64,000 nucleotides of DNA from Acidimicrobiia bacterium (GTDB lineage: Bacteria; Actinomycetota; Acidimicrobiia; Spongiisociales; UBA5794), in the NCBI GenBank assembly GCA_027036355.1, contig JALVQZ010000250.1, positions 3,596 through 67,595 of the forward strand, read 5' to 3'. The first letter of the stretch is position 1. The number at the start of each line of letters is the position of its first letter. The position numbers and the translations under genes are program-made. Positions 1 to 8,139 of this stretch are shown piece by piece. The notes below the pieces were generated by a model, which did not search any database, had not been told where the DNA came from, and saw only the letters and a program-made list of their open reading frames with translations.

Positions 1-389
1 GCGTCATCGGGCTTGTTCTCGGTGTTCTCGGTGTGCTTCTTCTCGGACCAGATTCGTGGCAGGAGGTCCTTGCGGGAGCGGTCTTGGCGTGGAGCGTCTC
101 TCTAATCGTGTGGGCGAGGACCTCATACCGTCGTGAGCGCACCGAGTTGGAACAGGCCTTGAGCCGCGCGGCCGAGACCGACGTTCTGCATGCTCGGTTG
201 AACAAGATCTGTGCGGTACTCGGGATTCCACCACTCGATCTGGACTCGGAGCTCCAAGGTGCTATTGACGCCCGGAAGGAGCGCCTGGCCCATTACGCGG
301 GACTCGACGAGTACAGGTCGGGATCTCATGCACAGGGATGCCCTGAGGGGTTCTGGGATGAGGTAGCACTCGGCTGGACTGAGAAGTAG
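1..389 (+). CDS. Hypothetical membrane/coiled-coil protein, 5'-partial (reading frame open to window edge)
   Basis: Frame 3 is open from nt 3 to TAG at 387-389. Translation starts VIGLVLGVLGVLLLGP..., with two hydrophobic segments followed by a charged helical region. Local GC is lower than in the rest of the window. Confidence 0.4.
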   Translation, partial: VIGLVLGVLGVLLLGPDSWQEVLAGAVLAWSVSLIVWARTSYRRERTELEQALSRAAETDVLHARLNKICAVLGIPPLDLDSELQGAIDARKERLAHYAGLDEYRSGSHAQGCPEGFWDEVALGWTEK

Positions 390-597
390 TGCATCGCTAT
401 GGCGGTAGAGCTGATCCTGAGGTGACGGCGATCGTCCACGAGAGCTCCGAGTGCCGTCGACGGGATCGCCATCGGCGAAGTCAAGGTGAGTGCAACCGAC
501 CTGGCTACGGCGATTAGTTCTGGAAGGCCCGTTCTGCCGGGGACCGGCGATGCCTTGACGCGTCAGGTGCACTTCACGGCCCTGCGATAATGCATGC

Positions 598-1662
598 ATG
601 GCGTGGGACAGTCAGCTGTTTCTGGAGCAGCTCGAGGCATTGCTAGTGAGATATGGCGAGGAGGGGACCGCCCTCCAGAAGGAGCTGGGGCAGCTCTACC
701 GCACCGCCGCGAAGGAGATCGTGGACGACGAGCTTAGCGATCTCGCTATGGAGCTATCTGAGAGGAAGGCCCATGCGGCGGCCTTCCGAACTCGCCTTCG
801 AGCCCGATGGGGCTACGCCCTCGATCTGTTCGAGCTGCTCTTGGGCCACTGTTGGGACATCGGACAGGGAACAAACGAGCACTACCGCTCGCTTGCTGTT
901 GAGACGCAGAACCATCGGTTTGAGGCCCTTACTCGCCTCCACGGCAAGGCCACACTTACCGCTTCAGAGATCCTGGTACTTCTTGAGACAGGCCATGCAG
1001 TTGGTGCGATGGCACGGTGGAGAACACTTCACGAAGTCGATGTCGTGTCAGCTTTTCTGTATCAAAACAGTGACGACATCGCGTATCGATACCTGCGGTA
1101 CGAGGACGCTCAAACGCTGAAGATGCGGCGTGCGTACGACAGGTATCACCAGCGACTTGGATACGAGCCTAGCGATCCCGAGATAGACGGGGATCCAGAG
1201 CAGTTAAGAAAGGCACTGGTCGATGAGTTTGGGCACGACTTCCTAGAAAAGAATGGTTGGGCGATCCCCGTGTTCGGGAAGAGACCGACGGACGCGGAGA
1301 TCGAGGAAGCAGCGCGGCTGGACCACTATCGACCCTACTACTACTTGGCTAGCGACGCCGTCCACGCCACTCCCAAGGGACTGATGGCGACGATGCAACA
1401 GATCGGCGATACGCCCATGATCATGGCCGGACCGTCAAACGCGGGGTTGGCCGATCCTGGTCACGGCGCCGCTCTGTCGCTGGCTCGTTGTACGATCACC
1501 TTGATCAACTACTGCGGCATGGATCTGCGAGAGGATCCGGAGCTAGATGAACAGGTGAGCGTTCTGCTCACCACACACATGCTCCTGGAGCTGGCGGATC
1601 GGATTGGGAACGCTTTCGGCGAAGCTCACGAGCAGCTCATGGAAGACGAGAGTCTTGGATAG
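598..1662 (+). CDS. Hypothetical alpha-helical protein (354 aa), lower-GC accessory gene
   Basis: Clean 354-aa ORF with ATG at 598 and protein-like composition (not Arg/Pro-rich). No confident family assignment from sequence alone. Local GC is about 58-60%, against about 70% for the window. Confidence 0.55.
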   Translation: MAWDSQLFLEQLEALLVRYGEEGTALQKELGQLYRTAAKEIVDDELSDLAMELSERKAHAAAFRTRLRARWGYALDLFELLLGHCWDIGQGTNEHYRSLAVETQNHRFEALTRLHGKATLTASEILVLLETGHAVGAMARWRTLHEVDVVSAFLYQNSDDIAYRYLRYEDAQTLKMRRAYDRYHQRLGYEPSDPEIDGDPEQLRKALVDEFGHDFLEKNGWAIPVFGKRPTDAEIEEAARLDHYRPYYYLASDAVHATPKGLMATMQQIGDTPMIMAGPSNAGLADPGHGAALSLARCTITLINYCGMDLREDPELDEQVSVLLTTHMLLELADRIGNAFGEAHEQLMEDESLG

Positions 1663-1935
1663 CAGGGGACGTGCTGTTCTGGGGAAACCAACGACGTCGC
1701 TATCGAGCGTAAGCCCATGGGATGCCTGGAGTGTCGGAAACCAGGTCGCACACTGATCCTCTTCTCCCGACTCGTCCGGCATCATCGGTGTCTTCAATGG
1801 CGCGGCCTAACCATTCCTGTGCAGACCTGCGGAGAGGGCGTGCTGAGGTGGCGGTTGCCGTCGCGTCCGAGGACGCTGGCGTGATGGTCAGGCCCTCCCC
1901 TCTGGTTGTTAGGGGGCTTCTGGCAGCCGGCGCTG

Positions 1936-2823
1936 TCAGTCGGCATCTGCGGCTCCCAGGGTGCGTTCGACGGCAGCGTTCAGGCGTTGCAGATAGGAGT
2001 ACGTTTCGAGCAGGAGTAATCCAGCGCCGGAGTCGTTGAAGTAGCGTTCGAGGTAGTCCGTCTCGTTCCCACGAGGATGCACGCCGTAGTTTCGCAACTG
2101 CCGCATGAGGCTGGCCTGGCTGACGAGCTCGTCTGCCTCACCTCGCGGCGGGACGCGCCGTAGGAGTTCTGCGACACGATTCACGACCTTGGCGGTGCGA
2201 TCCTCATCGAGGGCCTTGTCCAGCTGGTTGTCGAGGTGGCGTAGCTTCTCCCCGGCCGCGTACCAGGCTCCCTCACTTGCCGCACCGAGAAGACTCGCGG
2301 TAGCTAGGTGGAGGCCCTGTCGATACGCAGCGAGAGCTTCCAGGATGCAGCGACGGGTTCGACGGTCGAGAGCGAGCGTTTCGAGGTTTGCGGTGAAGAT
2401 GTCCGGCTCGAAGAACCACTCCTGGCCTACGAACCGTGGTGCGAGGCGATACGCGGGGGAGAACTGTCCGAGGCGAGACCGGATCGCGACACTGGTCCCG
2501 ACGGATCCGAACTGATAGGGGATGCGGATCGCGTCGCCGCCGACGATGGGGTTGGAATCCTCGTGTCGAGGGGGCTCGGCGACGGGTACGAGAATCCCCT
2601 GCGACACTAGATCCTGTACGGCCTCGGCGGCGGCCAACGCCAACCGGTATGCCGCGATTATGGGCTGTCCCGGGTGCACCACTCCGCCGATCGCTTCCGC
2701 GGACGTGACCTCCAGACGAGCCCCATCCGCGGGCTCCGGGAGCCCCTCCTGTTCGATGAGACATCGCTGGAGCTCGCGGATTCCGTGTGGCGCGCCATCA
2801 GCCACGATCTCGCGGATCTGCAT
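1936..2823 (-). CDS. HEPN-like domain protein (C-terminal R-x4-H motif RNYGVH), putative toxin/RNase of an Abi/TA-like pair
   Basis: ORF 1936..3144 (minus). The N-terminal 107 codons are Arg-rich and not protein-like. The first ATG is at 2823-2821 (MQIREIV...), and a GTG near 2895 preceded by AGGAG is an alternative start. The C-terminus carries ...LMRQLRNYGVHPRGNETDYLERYF..., which matches the HEPN Rx4-6H signature. Confidence 0.5.
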   Translation of the reverse strand: MQIREIVADGAPHGIRELQRCLIEQEGLPEPADGARLEVTSAEAIGGVVHPGQPIIAAYRLALAAAEAVQDLVSQGILVPVAEPPRHEDSNPIVGGDAIRIPYQFGSVGTSVAIRSRLGQFSPAYRLAPRFVGQEWFFEPDIFTANLETLALDRRTRRCILEALAAYRQGLHLATASLLGAASEGAWYAAGEKLRHLDNQLDKALDEDRTAKVVNRVAELLRRVPPRGEADELVSQASLMRQLRNYGVHPRGNETDYLERYFNDSGAGLLLLETYSYLQRLNAAVERTLGAADAD

Positions 2824-3043
2824 CTTGGCTCGAACAGTTTCGGTGAACGACGGCGACACGTTGCTCCGAATGACCGCCTCGAGTTCCTCCTGTCCTCTCC
2901 GCACGGCAGCTCCTGTACGCGAGGTTCTTAGCGTACGACCTCCCCACGACAGAACGGACCCCACGCACAGCGCCGCTGTGGACCCGTCGCCGAGAGGGCG
3001 GCTTGAGACGCGCAGACGGACGTCGGGATCAAGACGGCGATTG

Positions 3044-3793
3044 TCAGCGTGCCAGTGCCACGCTCTGGCGCACCCGTCGCTCCGCACGGAGTCGACGCTG
3101 CCGCAATGTTTGTGCGTGCACACCGGTCGCGGCGGCCAGCTCATCCACGGAAACGACTCCGGCTCGGGTCAACACCACCAGCCGGGCAGCGTTCTCATGA
3201 ACTCGGCCGTGCGTACGCACCCAATCGATGAGCTCGTCGAGTCGTTGTTCGTCTGCGCCGGGCCTATTGGGGTTGTCAGTCCCCTCGACGTCGGACAGGT
3301 CGTCCCTGAAGACCACCGGCTCCGCCCGGTCCCGAACCGCCGCCCGCAGCACCCGACGACGCGTGTTCTCATACACCCGAAACGAGGGCGGCGTTCCCGC
3401 AGGCTGCGCCGCGCACCATGCCAACACCTCCACCGCAGCAGCCACCACCCGAGCCGCCCGCTCCTCGACGTCCCAGCCCCGAATACGATCGATCAGGCTC
3501 TTCAATCCCGGTAGCACCACCTGCAGCGCAACCCGCTTCGCCAGGACATCGTCGGGTACCCGTTCCAACAGTGCCGCTAGCACCTGGTCCCGTTCCCTCC
3601 ACGACGATACGTCACGACGCTGAGCCGCCGCCACCAACTCCACCCCGTCGGCGAACGCCAGGCGCGGATCCTCGGTAGCCCAGCTTTGCAGCCGCTCTCG
3701 CAGCCATCGCGACCGAGCCAACGCCTGCCACTCCGCTTCCAGCCGGCGGATGAGCTGTGTCTCCCTTGCCCGCCGTGGGCGACGGTTGTCCAA
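3044..3793 (-). CDS. HTH regulator with sigma-70 region-4-like C-terminal domain
   Basis: 249-aa ORF. The C-terminal segment VSVDELAAATGVHAQTLRQRRLRAERRVRQ resembles a sigma region 4 / LuxR-type HTH. It lies immediately upstream of the HEPN-like gene on the same strand. Confidence 0.45.
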   Translation of the reverse strand: MDNRRPRRARETQLIRRLEAEWQALARSRWLRERLQSWATEDPRLAFADGVELVAAAQRRDVSSWRERDQVLAALLERVPDDVLAKRVALQVVLPGLKSLIDRIRGWDVEERAARVVAAAVEVLAWCAAQPAGTPPSFRVYENTRRRVLRAAVRDRAEPVVFRDDLSDVEGTDNPNRPGADEQRLDELIDWVRTHGRVHENAARLVVLTRAGVVSVDELAAATGVHAQTLRQRRLRAERRVRQSVALAR

Positions 3794-4035
3794 CGACGCT
3801 CCTCTCGTACGACGAGAGCGAGCGTGAAGAAGGGGTGCTCCAACGGGATCTCAGTTCTGTCTCGAGGCCAACTCCAAGAGGGCTCCGGGAGACCGGGACG
3901 ACGGGCTTTGGACGCGTTTTGGACGCGAAATGTCGAAAGATGCCGAACGACGCTGAGCAACGACGAAACCGAAAAGCCCTGGTAGTGCAGGCATTCTGCC
4001 GAATCAGCCCGCTTCTCGGCGGTCATCGATACGGA

Positions 4036-4078
4036 CTCATAATCCGTCGGTCGCAGGTTCGAGTCCTGCCGGGCCCAC
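4036..4078 (+). repeat. tRNA-Met 3' half fragment (anticodon loop CTCATAA, T-arm GCAGGTTCGAGTCCTGC, acceptor CGGGCCC+A), att-scar-like direct repeat, copy 1
   Basis: The segment folds as anticodon stem ACGGA/TCCGT with loop CTCATAA (anticodon CAT), variable loop, T-stem GCAGG/CCTGC, T-loop TTCGAGT and acceptor 3' strand. The complementary 5' acceptor strand GGGCCCG and a D-arm are absent upstream, so this is not a complete tRNA. It is identical over 43 nt to 10272-10314. Confidence 0.6.
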
Positions 4079-4274
4079 TGGCGAAAGCCCGCGTGGTTAT
4101 TGGGGTTTCGGCGTTTCTGATCCCGTCGTACTCACGCCTAGGTCGCCGCCAGGCCGCGCTCAGGCCGCGGGAATCTGAGGAACCGCGGCCTGCGACCGGG
4201 TTCATCGGTGGTGCTGGGGGGTCCGTCTGGTGCGGGGAGAGGTATTGGGGACGTCACGAAGGGCGACGTGACGC

Positions 4275-4769
4275 TCAGTTCCTGGCAGTCACTCGTCGGA
4301 GGCGTTGCAGCGCCCGGCGGTATCGCTGCCGGGCTGTGGCGGGGTGGAGTCCGATGGTGTCGGCGATCGTGCGGAAGCCTCGCTCGCCGAGGATCCGGAG
4401 GGTCACGATCGTGCGATCGGGTGGAGCCAGGGAGGCGAGAGCGGCCGTGGCTTCGAAGGCCATGTGACGGTCGACCACCTGGTCGGCGGTGGGATCTGTA
4501 TCGGGAGGGCTGATCGTCGCGGCGAGCTGCTCCGGACACGTCCGTTTCCGGGTTCGATGCCGGTGGCGGGTGACGTTGTGGGCCACGGTCATGAGCCAGG
4601 CGATCGGCATCGGGCAGTCGGCGAGCCGGTCTCGCCGGACCCAGGCCGTCAGGTACACGTCGGCGAGGGCGTCGTCGATCTCGTCTTGGGGTAGCTGTCG
4701 GGCCAGGTAGCGCCGTACCCGTGGGACGGTGTCGTGGTACGTGTCGGTCCACCACCGGTCGTCGCTCAT
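4275..4769 (-). CDS. ECF-family RNA polymerase sigma factor (sigma-70 regions 2 and 4)
   Basis: ORF 4275..4850. The likely start is the internal ATG at 4769 (MSDDRWW...). Region-2-like DEIDDALADVYLTAWVRRDRL and region-4 HTH RTIADTIGLHPATARQRYRRALQRLRR are present. TGA stop at 4275-4277. Confidence 0.75.
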   Translation of the reverse strand: MSDDRWWTDTYHDTVPRVRRYLARQLPQDEIDDALADVYLTAWVRRDRLADCPMPIAWLMTVAHNVTRHRHRTRKRTCPEQLAATISPPDTDPTADQVVDRHMAFEATAALASLAPPDRTIVTLRILGERGFRTIADTIGLHPATARQRYRRALQRLRRVTARN

Positions 4770-4849
4770 CGGTTCCTCCTCGCCGTCTCGGTTCATATGT
4801 GTCCGGCACGGGTGCGTCCGTTTCACCTTGTTCAGTGTCCGGATACCCA

Positions 4850-5030
4850 TGATTCGTCGCGGGAGGGTTTTGGGTTCCCGGGGGGACGAGGAAGATCGCG
4901 CGTCACATTCCGTCCTCTGCGGGCATTACAGGGGTAGGAGACACCGGCGAAGAGGTGTCGCGGAAGGAAGGAATGCAGGATGGGATCGAGTTTGCGGCGT
5001 CTGACATCGATCGGACTGACCGCGGCTGCG
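4850..5030 (+). repeat. About 175-bp duplicated promoter/leader plus signal-peptide-start module, copy 1 (second copy at about 6540-6730)
   Basis: Near-identical stretches: ...gggttcccg...gtcacattccg.ctctgcgggcattacaggggtaggagacaccggcgaagaggtgtcgcggaag...atgggatcgagtttgcggcgtctgacatcga.cggactgaccgcggctgc. Both copies sit upstream of, and run into, the 5' ends of secreted-protein ORFs. Confidence 0.7.
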
Positions 5031-5501
5031 TTGGCGTTCTTCTCGACCGCGCCGGCCTGGGCGGGTTCCCCACCCGATGCTGCGGTGACGCCGGCTCCCT
5101 CGGTCGTCGAGCGCACCGCGCCCGCGGAACCGCTCGGGGGACCGGGGGTGCTCTCGAACGGCGCGGATTGTCAGGGATGCTACGCCTGGGCCTCGATCAA
5201 CGAGTACAGCTCGTGGCCCGGCGTCAAGGTGCGAGCGAAGACACGGAACTACGCAAGCGAGATCATCGATCGTCAGGAAGCCCATCTCGCCTTGGTTGCC
5301 GGCAGCGCTTGCTACCAGGGTGACTACAAGTACACGGGCGGAACGGGCTACGAGTACAACCGGGAGGACGGCTCCCTCGTCGACTCGGGCTGGAAGTACG
5401 GCGGCCACGGCTGGTGGACGAACGCCAATGGCCATGAGTGGCTGGACGACGGCGCGACTTGGACCGTGTCGGGTGGTGCCGATGTCTGCCGGCAGTACTG
5501 A
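4980..5501 (+). CDS. Secreted hypothetical protein (signal peptide MGSSLRRLTSIGLTAAALAFFSTAPAWA)
   Basis: 173-aa ORF. RBS-like aaggaagga lies upstream. The N-terminus has a signal peptide ending AWA, and the mature part is Gly/Tyr/Trp-rich. The stop TGA overlaps the ATG of the next gene (ATGA at 5499-5503). Confidence 0.6.
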   Translation: MGSSLRRLTSIGLTAAALAFFSTAPAWAGSPPDAAVTPAPSVVERTAPAEPLGGPGVLSNGADCQGCYAWASINEYSSWPGVKVRAKTRNYASEIIDRQEAHLALVAGSACYQGDYKYTGGTGYEYNREDGSLVDSGWKYGGHGWWTNANGHEWLDDGATWTVSGGADVCRQY

Positions 5502-6541
5502 TGGGCCCGCAGACGGCAGTCGTGTGGCGGCTGGTCGGCTTGAGCGTGGCGGCGGCCCTCCTCGCCGCGGCATGCCAGGCACCGACCCGTCCCGCGGCCA
5601 CGGCGTCGTCGTCATCGTCGGTCCCGCCGTCGAGGGTCGCCTCTGTCGTCGTGGGGCAGGTGGCTCCTCCGACCGGGTTCCGCGGCGGTGTGCTCACTGG
5701 GATCGGCCTCACGTTCGATCCTGGTGAGGGCGTGGAGGACTGGGCGTGGAAGCTTCCCGCCGTCGCTCCCGAGCACGTGGCTGCCACGGTCCGGTTCACC
5801 ACGGAACTGTTGAACCTGAACTGTGAGAGCTTCCCGGCGCGGCTCGCTTGCCCGGCTCCTGAGGACGCGGTGCTGCTCCATCGTCTGTCCGGGCTCTGGG
5901 ATCTGGACCGTCGGGTGGTTTTCCAGGGTGTGGGAGGAACGTCCGGCCGGGTCGACATCTACCGCGCGGGACCGGGGCGTCAGGAAGACGACGTGGACTT
6001 CGCGCTCCCCGGAGCCGAGAGGGGGGCGCATTGTCTCGTGCTTGCCGCGTTCGAGGATGACGCTACGATCGTCGAAGGACAGTTCCCGGACCACTCGAAC
6101 TCGGGATTGTGGCTGGTCTCCGTCGGTTCCGATGATCCGGATCGGTGTGGAGCCCCCGACTATGAGGGACGTTGGTGGCCGATGGACGAAGACGGGATCG
6201 TCCTCGGCGACTGTGCAGAGCCGTTCCTCACCGATCGACCCCGACAGTACGCGGCCGGCGTGGCAGCGGACACCGACGGGTTGTGGGCGGTGCTGCCGCG
6301 TTGTGGAACGCCGGGGACCTCCTTCGCGGTGTTCGCCGTCGATGGGGTCCTCCAAGGCGCCGGTGACACGTTGGCGCCGTTCCGGATCCCCGCCACCGAT
6401 GCTCCCGGTGTCGTCGTTCCCGTCGACCGGTCCGACGGGTGGCTGCGCGTATTGGTCGCTGCCCGCCGCCCAGGCAACGACCACGGGCCTCGAGTGCTCA
6501 GGAGCCGACCCTGGCTGCCGAACGGTATGGCAGGACCATGA
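5501..6541 (+). CDS. Putative lipoprotein (hypothetical)
   Basis: Internal ATG at 5501 (MGPQTAVVWRLVGLSVAAALLAAACQAP...) gives a lipobox-like LAAAC. It is translationally coupled to the upstream secreted-protein gene. Confidence 0.5.
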   Translation: MGPQTAVVWRLVGLSVAAALLAAACQAPTRPAATASSSSSVPPSRVASVVVGQVAPPTGFRGGVLTGIGLTFDPGEGVEDWAWKLPAVAPEHVAATVRFTTELLNLNCESFPARLACPAPEDAVLLHRLSGLWDLDRRVVFQGVGGTSGRVDIYRAGPGRQEDDVDFALPGAERGAHCLVLAAFEDDATIVEGQFPDHSNSGLWLVSVGSDDPDRCGAPDYEGRWWPMDEDGIVLGDCAEPFLTDRPRQYAAGVAADTDGLWAVLPRCGTPGTSFAVFAVDGVLQGAGDTLAPFRIPATDAPGVVVPVDRSDGWLRVLVAARRPGNDHGPRVLRSRPWLPNGMAGP

Positions 6542-6730
6542 CACGCTGTGTAGTTCGTCGCGGGACGGTTTCGGGTTCCCCGGGCCGGCGAGGAAGATCC
6601 CGTGTCACATTCCGCCGTCTGCGGGCATTACAGGGGTAGGAGACACCGGCGAAGAGGTGTCGCGGAAGCAATGCTCGATGGGATCGAGTTTGCGGCGTCT
6701 GACATCGACGGACTGACCGCGGCTGCATTG
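6540..6730 (+). repeat. Duplicated promoter/leader module, copy 2
   Basis: See copy 1. This copy differs by scattered substitutions and a 1-nt deletion (atcgatcggact -> atcgacggact) that shifts the downstream reading frame. Confidence 0.7.
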
Positions 6731-6868
6731 GTTCTCGCCATCGCTTCGCTGCCAGCTTCCGCCGGGATGGTGCTGGACGAGCTTGGTGTCGAAGATGCGG
6801 GAGGAGCGGCAGTGCAACCGGCGGGGGGGAGTGTCAGGAATACGGTGTATCTGCCTGTTGGCCTGTGA
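6671..6868 (+). CDS. Small hydrophobic-leader protein (65 aa), paralogous remnant of the 4980 gene family
   Basis: ATG at 6671 gives MLDGIEFAASDIDGLTAAALVLAIASLPASAG MVLDELGVEDAGGAAVQPAGGSVRNTVYLPVGL. It shares the 5' nucleotide sequence with gene 4980 but uses a different frame because of the 1-nt indel. Confidence 0.3.
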   Translation: MLDGIEFAASDIDGLTAAALVLAIASLPASAGMVLDELGVEDAGGAAVQPAGGSVRNTVYLPVGL

Positions 6869-6903
6869 TGCTGATCCGTCTGGGTTAGCGGAAAGGACAG
6901 GCA

Positions 6904-7251
6904 GTGACGGAAGTTACGAAGCCGGCGAGGACGCCGGAGGACAAGCAGCTCGCTGAGGAGCTCGTGGAGCGCGCCCGCGATGAGGGTGTGGATCTTGTTG
7001 GCCCCGGCGGGTTGCTGACGGGTCTCACGAAGAGCGTGCTCGAGGCCGGCCTGGAAGCGGAGATGACGGAGCATCTCGGCTACGACAAGCACGATCCGCA
7101 GGGTCGGGAGGCGGACCTGCGGGCACGGGAGCATCGCCTCGACCTGGTGTCCCGGCTCGCCCGGGGGAAGGCGGCAAGCCCGAAGGTGGGCCGCAACGAA
7201 CGGTGCCCCTGCGGCTCCGGTCGCAAGTACGAACACTGCCACGGGCGGTGA
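6904..7251 (+). pseudogene. IS256-family (mutator-type) transposase N-terminal fragment fused to a SEC-C metal-binding motif
   Basis: 115-aa [41 protein letters not shown] matches the conserved N-terminus of IS256-family transposases. The ORF ends with [17 protein letters not shown], a SEC-C motif. The catalytic DDE region is missing. Confidence 0.55.
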
Positions 7252-7273
7252 GGGCCGACGGGCTCTGAGCCGT

Positions 7274-8139
7274 CTACGTGCCGCCCTTCTCCTCAAGGGC
7301 GGTGAGGAGTCGGGCGACGAAGGTGATGCAGGTGGTTTGGATGGTGGCGGCGTCGAGGATGCCGGTGAGGGCGCGGACGGCCATCCGGGTTCCAAGGCTG
7401 CGGGGTGTGCCGAACAGCGAGTCGAGCAGGGTGACGGCGATCCGGGTCACTTCGGCGCAGCGGGGGTCGTCGAGGAGCAGACAGACGTCCCGTCCGATGC
7501 CCTCGGGTGTCGTGGACATGAAGATGCGCAGGACGTCGCCGGCGTCCTTGTCGGTGAGCCGGTCCGGTTGTTCGCGTCGGTCGTCGATCTTGTGAACCTT
7601 GGCCACCAAGAGGGCGGCAGGGCCGGCGACGTCGACGACGATGCGTCGAGGGTCGGCGTCGTCGAGGGCCCGGATCTCGATGGGCGAGTGGTCCACGAGG
7701 GAGCCTTCGAGGCCGGTGGTCTTGCGGGCGGCACGCTTGCCGTGCTCGCCGCCGAGGCGAACCCCTCGGCGTCCTCCCGGCGGTGCGACCGCTGTGGGCA
7801 CGATGAGGTCCACCGGGACGACCAGATCGTCGATGCGACCGGGGACGGTGATGTGGGCCTCCCAGATCCCGGGTTCGGGATGACCGGTGTCCTCGTTCTT
7901 GAGGCGGAGTCCGGCCTGACGCATGGCGGCTTCGAGACCCGGGCGGGCTGCGAGGAGGTGCGGGTCGATGGTGAGGTCGGCGTCGGTGGTGTGCGGCGGA
8001 TAGCCGGGGAGCGGCACCGTACGCAAGTAGACGGCCTGGGCGCCGACGAGGACCAGCGCGTCGAGGTGATCCGTCAGGGCGTCGAGCACGTCGAGAAGGA
8101 CGCTGCGGGCAGCCACGTACTCCGGGTCGAACGTCGTCA
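7274..8139 (-). CDS. Nucleotidyltransferase of the AbiEii/AbiGii (DUF1814) toxin family
   Basis: The in-frame part of ORF 7274..8791 begins at ATG about 8139 (MTTFDPEYVAARSVLLDVLDALTDHLDALVLVGAQAVYLRTVPLPGYPPHTTDADLTID...). The GG/A-x-A-x...R-x-T-x-D-x-D nucleotidyltransferase motif of the AbiEii family is present. The upstream 218 codons of the ORF are Arg/Pro-rich artefact. Confidence 0.6.

Noticed and set aside
3044-3144. Annotated start of the 402-aa ORF at 3144, overlapping the HTH gene
   Set aside because: The N-terminal 107 codons are Arg-rich and overlap the upstream gene by 100 nt. An internal ATG at 2823, or a GTG near 2895 with an AGGAG RBS, is more plausible.
4008-4080. Possibility that either tRNA-like copy (4036-4078 or 10272-10314) is a complete tRNA-Met gene
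   Set aside because: No 5' acceptor strand (GGGCCCG) and no D-arm within 80 nt upstream of either copy. Both are 3' halves only.
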